Positions 7,817 through 17,451 of a DNA stretch of 64,000 bases are shown here, piece by piece. Source of the stretch: an uncultured virus (IMG/VR IMGVR_UViG_3300005290_000006) (taxonomy: Duplodnaviria > Heunggongvirae > Uroviricota > Caudoviricetes). The stretch is from IMG/VR virus record IMGVR_UViG_3300005290_000006, positions 62,001 through 126,000 of that record; one strand, written 5' to 3'. Made by a program: the position numbers and the translations under genes. The notes beneath the pieces were generated by a model, which was given only the letters and a program-made list of their open reading frames with translations, was not told where the DNA came from and did no database searches. The first letter of the stretch is position 1, and every line of letters starts with the position of its first letter.

Positions 7817-10159
7817 ATGAGTGACACGGGTAACGACGACAGTAAGGTCAAGTACAAATATGTTTGTGGTCCGAACCAAATTCATCCGGCGGTAGTGGGC
7901 GTTAGTAACAACCTGATTCTGTTTCCTCAGTGTGCATCGGCTGGTCGTTTGTACATGGCCGGTAACATGATCCCAAAATCGGTGGTGACTTCAGGCGCCA
8001 GCGAACGAATGATGGTTACGGGTTTCGAATGGAAGCAGGGCTACGCTCAAACTGCCCGCCGGATTGAAGCGCCGGCTAACATGACCGTGGAGGAAGTCTT
8101 TTACGTCGGCAGTCAAGATCCGAGCAAGATGACTGACGCGTGGAATAAGATTTGCATCGTTTATAAGAACGATGAGAAGGGCATGTACGATGTATTGGAA
8201 CTGCCCCGCTACAATACGCAGAACACTTATGTCGGGTTTGAATACGTCTACGACAAAGAAATCCTGCGTCGTCTGGGGAAACCGAACGCTACCTTTGCGA
8301 AAGGCACGGTGTTTGCACAATCCCCGCGGATCAGCGAGAGTGGTGAATGGTGCTTCGGCATGAACACCAAAGTCGCCGCAATCTCCAGCCACGTTACCGA
8401 GGAGGATGCAATCCAGCTGACTCGCTCGTACGCGGAGAAGCGACTGCGCTGCATGTTTAAACACGACCGGGGTTTCCAGTGGAACGAAGATGAATACGTT
8501 CCGTTGATGCTCTACAAAGACGCTAACGGTAACGACAGTCCGTTCCCGGAGTCTGGTCAGCGTATTCGTGACGATGGCATTGTCATGGGCTTCCGGCGTC
8601 GTATCACCGAGAACGCCTTGGTGTCTCTGACGAAGAAAGCGCTGCGTACTCCCGATCTGACTTACGACCAACTGTTCTACGCTCCGATTAACTCCGAAGT
8701 CATGTCGGTCGAAGTGCTCAGTGACCGTATGAAGAACCGCGCGAACAACCGCGGTACTGATTACATCGAACAGCCGCACAACATGCTGCTGGAGCGCTAC
8801 GAGAAGAAACAGAACGAGATGCACAACAACATCATGCGTTGGTACGAGCGTCGCATTGATGCCAACCGTGGTAACGACATTCCAATCACCCTGGAACTCG
8901 ACAGCTTCATTAATAACGCGTACGGCAACTATACGCGTAAAACCAGCACGGGCAAGATCAACCCACTCAGCCGGGGGATCAAGCGCGTTAAGCTGAAAGA
9001 CTGGAACGTGACGATTCTGCTGCGCGAGATTGTGCCTGGCAAGATCAAGTTCAAGTTCGCCGGTCTTAATGGCGACAAAGGTGTAGCGGTAAGCATCATC
9101 GAAGACCACATGGCACCGACCTACGCGGACGGTACTCGTGCGGAAGTCGTGATCAACAACACACCGGCGTTCCGTCGTCAGATCTTCTCGATGTTGATGG
9201 AACTCAGTATTAACTACATCAACGTTAATATCCAGAAGGAAGCGATTAAACTCCGCGACCAAGGTGAATACGCTGCGGCGTACCACAAGATTCTGGAATT
9301 CTGCATGACTGGCTTCCCAGAGTTTGGGGAGATCGTATCCAACACCTTCGTAACAGAGGACGACATCAAGGACTACGTCAACCACTGCTGTGACAACATG
9401 ATCGTTGTGCATGTCCGCAGTAACGCGAAGTTGTTCGGTGTCAACATCATTAACGCACTGCGCGAGAAGTACCCGTTCAAACCGCAGAAGGCTACCTTCA
9501 TGAACTCACTCGGTGAGTACGTGGAGACTGTCAACCCGATCCTCATCAGTAACCAGCACTTCATGATGCTGGACAAGTTCGGCACGGACATGAGCGCTCA
9601 AGCGCTGCCTAAGTCCAACCTGTTTGGTATGCCGGCTAAACTGAATGATAGCAGTAAGTACTCGAGCTGGCTGCGAGATCAGGGTAACCGTAACACGGGT
9701 GAAACAGAAGGTCGTCTGCGTACCAGTCAACACGGTGGTCAGGAAACGGCTAAGCAATTGGCTATGGCGTATTCGCCTGATCTGCGTAAGGTCATGGTGC
9801 GTCGCATTATCCGTGCTAATGATCCGTTTGATATCGATCAGATCGTTCGTCCGGAAGAGTACATCAACAACCGTGCTGTGAAGATGGCTGCGGGTATGTT
9901 GTCGGACTCCGGCTACACCATCCGCCACGAACTGCCGTCAGACCGTACCATTGAGCCGCTGGATGCCATGCTCAACAACTACATCAAGGAAGCGGGTCCC
10001 ATGCCTGACTTTCTCGTGGAAGAACCAACTCCGGTGCCAAGCCCACCAGCCGAACCGCGTTATGCGGGTAAGCGCGGTTTTAATCCGGTAGAGATTCCCG
10101 AGGACTTTGAGATGCACGGGGTAACAGCCGGTACCGACAACATTTACGGAGGCGTGTAA
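7817..10159 (+). CDS. Non-virion RNA polymerase beta subunit, C-terminal part (gp71-73-like, uninterrupted)
   Basis: EEDAI (cf. EDSI), KFAGLNGDKGV (cf. KLAGRHGNKGV), GNRNTGETE (cf. GQRFGEME). Confidence 0.9.
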   Translation: MSDTGNDDSKVKYKYVCGPNQIHPAVVGVSNNLILFPQCASAGRLYMAGNMIPKSVVTSGASERMMVTGFEWKQGYAQTARRIEAPANMTVEEVFYVGSQDPSKMTDAWNKICIVYKNDEKGMYDVLELPRYNTQNTYVGFEYVYDKEILRRLGKPNATFAKGTVFAQSPRISESGEWCFGMNTKVAAISSHVTEEDAIQLTRSYAEKRLRCMFKHDRGFQWNEDEYVPLMLYKDANGNDSPFPESGQRIRDDGIVMGFRRRITENALVSLTKKALRTPDLTYDQLFYAPINSEVMSVEVLSDRMKNRANNRGTDYIEQPHNMLLERYEKKQNEMHNNIMRWYERRIDANRGNDIPITLELDSFINNAYGNYTRKTSTGKINPLSRGIKRVKLKDWNVTILLREIVPGKIKFKFAGLNGDKGVAVSIIEDHMAPTYADGTRAEVVINNTPAFRRQIFSMLMELSINYINVNIQKEAIKLRDQGEYAAAYHKILEFCMTGFPEFGEIVSNTFVTEDDIKDYVNHCCDNMIVVHVRSNAKLFGVNIINALREKYPFKPQKATFMNSLGEYVETVNPILISNQHFMMLDKFGTDMSAQALPKSNLFGMPAKLNDSSKYSSWLRDQGNRNTGETEGRLRTSQHGGQETAKQLAMAYSPDLRKVMVRRIIRANDPFDIDQIVRPEEYINNRAVKMAAGMLSDSGYTIRHELPSDRTIEPLDAMLNNYIKEAGPMPDFLVEEPTPVPSPPAEPRYAGKRGFNPVEIPEDFEMHGVTAGTDNIYGGV

Positions 10160-12172
10160 ATGACGATGCAAATTAGCCTACGTGATTGGGCAAACCTCGA
10201 AGAAGCTGACATCCTCCGTTGTCGAGGTTTCCGCCAAGCCGTAGAGGTCGTCGATGACGAGGGCAAGAAGATCATGTCTTGCCTGTTCGCCATGATGTTG
10301 ACCTGGCAGGGTATGATCGTTCACCGTGCCTACAACGATGTACCGTACTCAATCGATGAGTTGGTGCCGTCTAACAAGAATCCAGACTTCAAGGACACTG
10401 TTTACAACGATGACACGCTGGCCATTCCGGTGAACTGGACACTGGAAAAGGTCATGCCGGATATTGACGATCCGGTAGAGTGTGACCGCATCAAGCGTCT
10501 GGTGCACATCTGGCAGACCAAACTCAACAACATGATTGTGGTGATGAGCGAGACGTCTGTTATTTCGGCAACGGCAGAGTCTGTGGCTGAGCTGATGGAA
10601 GACATTGGGATCATGGACATCCGTGACCGTATCCTGAAGAAAGAAGTCAGCATTGATGATGGTGAGAAAGAGTTCAGTACCTATCTGCGTGATGCCGAGA
10701 GTCTGAGCACCAACACCATGGCGCTGTTGGCACGTACTGGTGGCGTGAGTATTAACCAGGCGTTCCAGACCACGATCATTCGGGGCTCGGTGTTCGACTT
10801 GAACAACACCATTAACCCTAACCCGGTCATGGTTCCGTACGCCCACGGTATTACCAACCTGGCGGATTCCCTGGGGGAACGTAACGCGTCAGGTAAATCC
10901 CTGATCAACAACGGTAAAGGTCTGAAGGACGCCGAATGGTTCCACCGGAAGATTCACCTGCTGTCTGCACCGCTCAGTAGCATCCTGCACTTGAACGACT
11001 GCGGTACGACAGTTGGGGTTCCGATGAAGATCCTCAACATGGAGATGGCTTTGTCCTTGATGGGCAAGTACATCATCATGGCGGACGGGTCTTCGGTACT
11101 GGTCGACCAGCGCAACATCCACACCATCAAAACTGGTGACGTGGTTACCTTCCGCAGTATTGCTTTCTGTAACTCTCATGACTCCAGTCAGCCTTGTGGT
11201 CGTTGCTACGGGAAAATGAAGTCAACCATCCCGTTCAACGTCATGATGATGAAGGACGCCAACGTAGGAATGTACTCGGGCACTACCTTATGTAACCCGA
11301 TGGGGCAGAAAATGCTCAGTACGAAGCACTTCATCCGCAACGCAACCTCGCGGAAGTTTGTGCCTCACATCCGGGACAAAGATATCATTTATAGCAACGG
11401 GGACGAAATCTTCCTGAAAGCTGAGATCTGTGTTCCGGGTTCCGAGTTGATCTTGAAGTCGTCGATCGTGAAGGACCTGTCTGACCTGAAGTCGCTCGAT
11501 GTATTGGACGACGTTGGGCTTGATAAGCTCCCGTACTTTGCAGACGTTACCTTCCGCTACCAAGTGGAAGACATCATGATGGGTGGCAAAACCACGCAGC
11601 AGCATTCGGCGGTTACGTCGGTGTCGTCGCGTAATGCTCGTTTCTCCTTGGACTTCCTGAAGTTTGTGTTGGACAAGGGCTGGAACACGGTGGACAAACG
11701 CTTCATCTCCATCGACCTGTCAGATTGGAACACACTGGCTCCGATGTTCTCCCTTCCTTATACTCGGGAAGATTTGGACATGCACCGCGCACGTGTGGAA
11801 AACTTCATGACCTTCAACAAGCGCAATACTTCTTGGCGCAACCAAGTGGTCACTCCTAAGGTCTTCGGTGAAGTGCTATCAGAATTCTGGTCGCTCATTA
11901 ACCAAGAGATCAAAGGTATCAACTCTGTCCACGTGGAATCGCTGTTGTATTGCTGTCTGGCCAGGGATCCCAACAACCTCAACTTCGCTCTGACGAACGG
12001 CTCGAGAGATAAATACTTCTCCAGCTTCATCAACTGTATCACCAGCCGGGGCGGAGGCGGGTTGTTGATCTTTGAGAAACAACAGAACGTCCTCAATGAC
12101 CCGCGTACTTTCATGATCACTGACCGTCAAGGTTCGGTACTCGAGAGTTTCTGGCATCTGGGGGCGTCTTAA
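10160..12172 (+). CDS. Non-virion RNA polymerase beta' subunit, C-terminal part (gp74-like)
   Basis: Bridge-helix-like KGLKDAEWFHRKI; Zn site DCGT..C..CGRCYG; trigger-loop-like NVGMYSGTTLCNPMGQKMLSTKH. Confidence 0.9.
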   Translation: MTMQISLRDWANLEEADILRCRGFRQAVEVVDDEGKKIMSCLFAMMLTWQGMIVHRAYNDVPYSIDELVPSNKNPDFKDTVYNDDTLAIPVNWTLEKVMPDIDDPVECDRIKRLVHIWQTKLNNMIVVMSETSVISATAESVAELMEDIGIMDIRDRILKKEVSIDDGEKEFSTYLRDAESLSTNTMALLARTGGVSINQAFQTTIIRGSVFDLNNTINPNPVMVPYAHGITNLADSLGERNASGKSLINNGKGLKDAEWFHRKIHLLSAPLSSILHLNDCGTTVGVPMKILNMEMALSLMGKYIIMADGSSVLVDQRNIHTIKTGDVVTFRSIAFCNSHDSSQPCGRCYGKMKSTIPFNVMMMKDANVGMYSGTTLCNPMGQKMLSTKHFIRNATSRKFVPHIRDKDIIYSNGDEIFLKAEICVPGSELILKSSIVKDLSDLKSLDVLDDVGLDKLPYFADVTFRYQVEDIMMGGKTTQQHSAVTSVSSRNARFSLDFLKFVLDKGWNTVDKRFISIDLSDWNTLAPMFSLPYTREDLDMHRARVENFMTFNKRNTSWRNQVVTPKVFGEVLSEFWSLINQEIKGINSVHVESLLYCCLARDPNNLNFALTNGSRDKYFSSFINCITSRGGGGLLIFEKQQNVLNDPRTFMITDRQGSVLESFWHLGAS

Positions 12173-12183
12173 CACTCTCAATA

Positions 12184-12212
12184 GCGAGGGTCCTTCGGGG
12201 CCTTCGTTTTTT
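12184..12212 (+). terminator. Intrinsic terminator with cUUCGg loop
   Basis: gcgagggtcc-ttcg-gggccttcgt followed by a T run. Confidence 0.85.
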
Positions 12213-12229
12213 GGTTAAGGGGCTGCTGT

Positions 12230-14533
12230 ATGCGCCATGTAGCTAGTATATCACGAGCGCATAACTACCTCAGGATCTTCGGGTTCTACGGAGAGTTCTA
12301 CGCTCAAGTGATAGGGCCTTTTTGTCGGGCTAACCTGGCAAAGCTGGGGAAGGTACCAATCCCCGGCACAAACAGAACCACCATGAAAGTAACCCATGTG
12401 TTTGCACGGTCTAACTTCGACAGAAGCGAATACCGACTCCCTGCAAGCATGTTGAAAGAGTTTTTGGAGTTCTGCCAGTATCGGGGTTACAACCCGACGC
12501 GGGTGGACATGGTTGATGAGCCAGAGCTAAAAGGTGTGCCGGTCAACTTCAAGTTCAGACCTGGGTATGAGAACACCCGTCCCGGTCAGGACGAATGGAT
12601 CAACTACCAGATGGCGGCTGGCGCGGTTAAGGTTAACAACGCGTCTACAGGTTTCGGTAAAGCGCTGGCCAACGATACACCGGTCAGGACAGCTAAGGGT
12701 TGGAAGCCTATCGGTCAGATCAAGGTTAATGACTTGGTCATGGCGCCTGACGGCTCCCACACGTACGTCACAGGGGTGTTTCCCCAAGGTGTGACTCCGA
12801 CATACCGTTTGCGGTTTGAAGACGGCAGAGAGGCTGTAGCGTGCCCTGAGCATCAGTGGGAAGTAAAAGAAGTTGGTACCAATGAGTGGACGGTGATGAC
12901 CACTGCTCAATTGGTGGCTAACTCGGGTAAACAGTATGTCATCCCGCTGACGCTGAGTGAGCGTAATCCTGACAACCCTAGCGTAATTGAACCCTACATT
13001 ATTGGTATGACTGACCGGATACTGTCTGATAAGTATTTGGAAGGTTCACATCATCAGCGGTTAGCACTGCTGCGGGGGTTACTCGACGTTGGGGGTGAGC
13101 CACAAGCCGATGGTACGATTCTGTATCATTCGGAGTACGGTGCTAGTGCCAAGATGGTGCGGGACCTGGTGTGGAGCCTGGGTGGTATTGCCAGCGCTGT
13201 CTTTAAGCAGTTCGATAACCGGGTAAAGATTGAACACCGGACTCCCCGTGTACTGTTCGCGCTTGATCGTAAGCGTGCAGTGCTGCCGTACGAGGAAAAC
13301 CGTGACCTGGCGTTACGGATCGAATTGATTACACCCGATCGCCCACAGGAAACAACCTGCATTGCAGTGGCCCACGAAAGTCATTGCTTTGTGATCAAGG
13401 ACTACCTCGTTACCCACAACACGTACATGGCGCTTCGGACCATGCTGTTGATGGGTGTGCGAACCCTGATCACGATCCAGCCGCGTTACATTACGACTTG
13501 GATCAAAGCGCTGGGCGATATCATTGACCTGCAACCTGCTGATGTATTAGTGTGGGAACAGGATCTTTGTTTGTTACAGGAGGTCATGCTCAGAGGAGAA
13601 ATTAATCCGAAGGTCATTATCGTTCCGATGTCACGCATTGACGTGCACTTCAGGAATGAGAAGAAAGATCCGAAGGTACCAACTCTGGACAAGGTCTTCG
13701 AAAGCCTAGGCTGTGGTCTCAGGATCATTGACGAAGGCCATGAGGCGATTCACCAAGTGTGTATCTCGCTGATGTACGGTAACTTCCCCAAACTCGTTGT
13801 GCTGTCTGCTACGCTGTCTGGTGATGACCCGTTCATTAACAAGATCTACCGAATCCTCTTTCCGTTTCACATCCGGCTTAAGGAACCGGAGCCCGAGAAC
13901 TACATCGACATTGTCGCGTACCTGTACGACATTAACCCTCGACGGTATCACCTGAAGACGGTTCAGTTTGGCAGTTACAACGACTTAACCTGGGAACAGA
14001 GCATTCTGAACAACCGGGCGGTCACTCAGTTCTACTATGACGTGGCCAAGAAGATGTTCGAGGAGTACTACCTCGATGTTCGTGAGGAAGGGACGAAGTG
14101 TTTGTTCTTCTACTCGCGGGTCAACATGTGTGAAGCCATGCTCGAATTGTTCAAGAAGGATTATCCTGATATGGACATAGTGACCTTCCATGGGGAGGAC
14201 ACCAAGGGCAAGGACGCGGATAAGACCAAGTACCTGAAGCACGAGGTGGTCATTACGACACCAGGCAGNTGTGGTACCGGTAANGACATTGACGGGTTGG
14301 TTACCGTNCTCTGTTTNCACACCGTGGGNTCAACTCAGCGTAACAAGCAAATGATCGGNCGTCTGCGCGACAAGGTGTTGAAGACATTCAACAATCGCAT
14401 CACCCCACGGTTCGTATTCGGGGTGTGCGCCAGTCAGCCGAAACATAAAGAGTACTTCCGTAAACGTGAGGTCGCCTTTGAGCCGAAGAAGAAAACGTTC
14501 AAAGTGATTGACTCTAACTGCGCACTCCAGTAG
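12230..14533 (+). CDS. Superfamily 2 (DExH) helicase (gp75-like) containing an intein; about 514 aa after splicing
   Basis: Walker A STGFGK|T is split by the intein; IIDEGH, LSAT, G-T-G-x-DI and QMIxRLR motifs. Confidence 0.9.
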   Translation: MRHVASISRAHNYLRIFGFYGEFYAQVIGPFCRANLAKLGKVPIPGTNRTTMKVTHVFARSNFDRSEYRLPASMLKEFLEFCQYRGYNPTRVDMVDEPELKGVPVNFKFRPGYENTRPGQDEWINYQMAAGAVKVNNASTGFGKALANDTPVRTAKGWKPIGQIKVNDLVMAPDGSHTYVTGVFPQGVTPTYRLRFEDGREAVACPEHQWEVKEVGTNEWTVMTTAQLVANSGKQYVIPLTLSERNPDNPSVIEPYIIGMTDRILSDKYLEGSHHQRLALLRGLLDVGGEPQADGTILYHSEYGASAKMVRDLVWSLGGIASAVFKQFDNRVKIEHRTPRVLFALDRKRAVLPYEENRDLALRIELITPDRPQETTCIAVAHESHCFVIKDYLVTHNTYMALRTMLLMGVRTLITIQPRYITTWIKALGDIIDLQPADVLVWEQDLCLLQEVMLRGEINPKVIIVPMSRIDVHFRNEKKDPKVPTLDKVFESLGCGLRIIDEGHEAIHQVCISLMYGNFPKLVVLSATLSGDDPFINKIYRILFPFHIRLKEPEPENYIDIVAYLYDINPRRYHLKTVQFGSYNDLTWEQSILNNRAVTQFYYDVAKKMFEEYYLDVREEGTKCLFFYSRVNMCEAMLELFKKDYPDMDIVTFHGEDTKGKDADKTKYLKHEVVITTPGXCGTGXDIDGLVTXLCXHTVXSTQRNKQMIXRLRDKVLKTFNNRITPRFVFGVCASQPKHKEYFRKREVAFEPKKKTFKVIDSNCALQ
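12662..13420 (+). mobile_element. Class 3 intein, 253 aa, with degenerate LAGLIDADG remnant
   Basis: Starts ALANDTPV, block B ACPEHQW, block F TTCIAV, ends VTHN with +1 Thr; LLRGLLDVGG remnant. Confidence 0.92.
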
Positions 14534-14560
14534 TGCGCGGTACCCTTCAGAGTTACCGTT

Positions 14561-15001
14561 ATGGATAAGAAAAAGATCCTGATATTTAAGCTGGAGTGCC
14601 CAAAGGCAGGCCTGCTGAGTCAGGTCGTGGAAGACGCACTAGAAGACGCACTGGACGTTGTGCTGCGCCATGGTGAATGTATTGATGAGGGTCTCTTTCT
14701 CGGGGCCTTTAACAAGAACCTTGAAGATCAGTTTTACGAAGAAGATGGGTACGTGACCTTCAATGGTAACGATCAGGAACTGTTGAACTTCAATCGTGAA
14801 CGTCACGGCTGTATGCAGCAGTACATGGTCGAGTTCACCACGGCTTTACGCAGTATTGCTTCACTAAACGAACCTGTTATTGAGCTTGCACAAAAGTTAC
14901 ATTGGAACGACCAACTGTATCTGGCTCGACGACTGCCCAACCACTGGTTAATTGCTGTTGAAAAGAAGGAGACTGACCATGGCGCAACAACCTGCTTCTA
15001 G
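14561..15001 (+). CDS. Hypothetical acidic protein, paralog array member 1
   Basis: 146 aa; shares motifs with the next ORF. Confidence 0.75.
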   Translation: MDKKKILIFKLECPKAGLLSQVVEDALEDALDVVLRHGECIDEGLFLGAFNKNLEDQFYEEDGYVTFNGNDQELLNFNRERHGCMQQYMVEFTTALRSIASLNEPVIELAQKLHWNDQLYLARRLPNHWLIAVEKKETDHGATTCF

Positions 15002-15416
15002 CGACCAGGTCATGGCAATACCACTCCTGCTGACGTGCCCGAACATACATCATCTCCCTACCGTTGTTACGGCAGTGGTGGAGGAAGGTCTCATTGAACT
15101 CCTAATGGGGGACAGTTGCTCTGATGACTGGTTTGACGATGGATGGTATTACGGACACCTGAAGGAACGACTGTGGGATGCTAAGGGAGACATTATCCTG
15201 GCGGCTCATGGCGAAGAACTGTGGGACTTCATGCTGGATCCGGATGCGGGCTTTGTTCGCTACAGCAACCAGATCGAAGCGGCTATTATGAGCTTCTACA
15301 AACACAACGAACAAAAGATCAACTCGCTGTACAACGGGTACGAGGTTAAGTCTGTGAAGACCGCTCGTGCGTTTAAGAACCAATGGCTGATGTTAGCCCA
15401 AGGAGTGAAGTTATGA
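14979..15416 (+). CDS. Hypothetical acidic protein, paralog array member 2
   Basis: AAGGAG RBS before the ATG at 14979. Confidence 0.75.
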   Translation: MAQQPASSDQVMAIPLLLTCPNIHHLPTVVTAVVEEGLIELLMGDSCSDDWFDDGWYYGHLKERLWDAKGDIILAAHGEELWDFMLDPDAGFVRYSNQIEAAIMSFYKHNEQKINSLYNGYEVKSVKTARAFKNQWLMLAQGVKL

Positions 15417-15787
15417 GTGTCCGTTCACTATTCGTCCCAACACCAGAAGTTGAAAAGTACACCAACTACTACTTGGTGCAACTGATGGCCAAAGAACGCA
15501 TTCGTTGCATCATGAAGAACGAAACCTTCAGCGACATCGCGCCATCGCTGGTGGAACGCTACCTGACCCTACCCCCGGCTGTTCAAACGGCTGACGCGAT
15601 CAAGAAGTACTGCGAGGCTGAAGGCAAGATCATCAACAAAGCCTTCAAGGAGTTTGAAAAGACTCCTGCTTACGTAAACGCCCTCGAACAGCTGAACCCG
15701 TACAAGGGCAATCCGTTCGAGATCACCAGCGTTACCTCCGGCGGCATCATGGTGTTGATCGAGGTTCCTGAACCGGTGTCGGCATGA
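15413..15787 (+). CDS. Hypothetical protein
   Basis: AGGAG RBS, ATG 15413, ATGA overlap with the upstream stop. Confidence 0.75.
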   Translation: MSVRSLFVPTPEVEKYTNYYLVQLMAKERIRCIMKNETFSDIAPSLVERYLTLPPAVQTADAIKKYCEAEGKIINKAFKEFEKTPAYVNALEQLNPYKGNPFEITSVTSGGIMVLIEVPEPVSA

Positions 15788-16266
15788 AAAGCCTCACGAT
15801 CAACCTTAACCCGGCTACCCGGGAAGAGCTGTACGCAGATATCCATCCGGACTTCCTAGCGCATATCCTCATGGAAGCGCTTTACAACGTCACGCTTGAC
15901 ATCCCGAACACCATGGCAATGTATGTGCCGGTGGTTGACGATGCCAACGAGTACGCGGAAGATCCGGATAGCAACGTCATGGCGTCCGTGGAGTTCCTGA
16001 TGGAAGTCCTGAAGGGGGAAGACACCAAAAATGGCGTTGACGTCACCACTCCGGATTACCTGGAGAAGATTGGTGAGTACCAGAACTTCATCTCGTACAA
16101 GCTCTGCAATGCCATCGAGTCCATCGCCCAGTTCAATGACCTGGCCGTGCTCATGGTGGTTAACACAATGCTGAACCTGCCGGAATTCAAAGCCAAACTG
16201 AACTTCTCTACTACCCACTTGGGTGATAAGGTCGTGTTTGTACTGAGCGGCCTGATCGATCTGTAA
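15784..16266 (+). CDS. Hypothetical acidic protein
   Basis: ATGA overlap with upstream gene; phage-like codon usage. Confidence 0.75.
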   Translation: MKSLTINLNPATREELYADIHPDFLAHILMEALYNVTLDIPNTMAMYVPVVDDANEYAEDPDSNVMASVEFLMEVLKGEDTKNGVDVTTPDYLEKIGEYQNFISYKLCNAIESIAQFNDLAVLMVVNTMLNLPEFKAKLNFSTTHLGDKVVFVLSGLIDL

Positions 16267-16279
16267 TCACCCAATTAAC

Positions 16280-16314
16280 TATTCCTAACGGTCCGTATGG
16301 ATTCGTTAGGAATA
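16280..16314 (+). terminator. Stem-loop
   Basis: tattcctaacg..cgttaggaata. Confidence 0.6.
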
Positions 16315-16351
16315 TGTCCGCCTTATTCCCTACACCTGAGGTACATGCGTT

Positions 16352-16861
16352 ATGGAATTCTTAGAAACCGCTATGACTGTTAACGAGATGAAACTGTTCC
16401 GTGAACTGGAATACCCTTTCAATCTCAGGATCATCAACGACGTGATTGCGCTGAAGAGCCAAGACAACCCGGACTACGAGGTGTTCGCGCCTCTGGTTTA
16501 CTACCGTCACGAAGCCGCCCTGACCGTACCCGGGGCAGCGGTGAAAGTGAGTCCATACCTGTACTTCATTAGCAACAAGGGTCGGGTGGTCAACATGCGT
16601 AATTCCACCAACCCCAAGTTCATCGACTGGAGCCTGGATTCCAGTGGTTACCCGCACATCGTCACGACTGTCCGGAAGAAGCCAGAACCCCTGACTATCC
16701 ACCGGGCAATCGCGTGTGCGTTTGTTCCGATTCCTGAGAGTCTGAAGGGGAGCCATCCCAAGGATTTGATCGTCACTCACAAAGACAACGACAAAACCAA
16801 CTTCGACCCAGCTAACCTCGTGTGGTCCTTACCACCTGAACGTCTCAGCGAAGCAGCTTAA
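16352..16861 (+). CDS. NUMOD4/HNH homing-endonuclease-like protein, probably eroded
   Basis: ISNKGRV; IHRAIACAFVP; VTHKDNDKTNFDPANLVW; ends without the usual EN..H helix. Confidence 0.75.
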   Translation: MEFLETAMTVNEMKLFRELEYPFNLRIINDVIALKSQDNPDYEVFAPLVYYRHEAALTVPGAAVKVSPYLYFISNKGRVVNMRNSTNPKFIDWSLDSSGYPHIVTTVRKKPEPLTIHRAIACAFVPIPESLKGSHPKDLIVTHKDNDKTNFDPANLVWSLPPERLSEAA

Positions 16862-16873
16862 GGCAGAAACGAC

Positions 16874-17389
16874 ATGACCCCTGAACAACGTACTAACCTG
16901 ATCGATCGCCTGGATCGCAGCTTCCTGGCTTTACCACGCTGGGCAAAGATTGCCTGCAAACATGGCATGGGCGCTCCTAAGCATCATCCGGAAACCGGCA
17001 AAGAGTATGAATCCTTCCGGGAAGTGCTGGAGAGTGGTACAAACGAGTGGCTGGAAGTCCTCAAGGGCGACTTCGAATCCAACGAAGATCTGGCACCTGA
17101 AGAAGTTCCGCCGGAGCCAGAGTTCACCATGCCGTTCAGTAACAACGTGATCCGCAAGGATTGGGTGATGTGGAAAGCCCGCATTCTTACCCATCACAAG
17201 GAAGAGGTTGTTCCGCATACCTCTATCGTGTCGGCACTGTACGCGGCCAGGGACAAGTTGGACCTCCCAACCAACTACCCAAACCCTGATCCAGGAAAGC
17301 TCATCCTGAATGTACGTGAAGAAAAGGAATGGGACACCTTTGTATTCTTCTACACCGAACCGAAGGAAGAAGCTGAAACTCCTAAATAA
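16874..17389 (+). CDS. Hypothetical protein
   Basis: 171-aa ORF with RBS, followed by a terminator. Confidence 0.7.
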   Translation: MTPEQRTNLIDRLDRSFLALPRWAKIACKHGMGAPKHHPETGKEYESFREVLESGTNEWLEVLKGDFESNEDLAPEEVPPEPEFTMPFSNNVIRKDWVMWKARILTHHKEEVVPHTSIVSALYAARDKLDLPTNYPNPDPGKLILNVREEKEWDTFVFFYTEPKEEAETPK

Positions 17390-17398
17390 CGGCCATAG

Positions 17399-17449
17399 CC
17401 CTACCAGCCCGTAATGGGCTGGTAGGGTAAGGTCTTTTCTTTTTTTTTG
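17399..17449. terminator. Terminator between convergent units
   Basis: ccctaccagccc-gtaat-gggctggtaggg followed by a long T tract. Confidence 0.8.
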
Positions 17450-17451
17450 TT

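Noticed and set aside
7817..10159. Group I intron or HNH insertion in the nvRNAP beta gene, as in phiKZ gp71-73
   Set aside because: The ORF is continuous with motifs in the expected order; no intron is evident.
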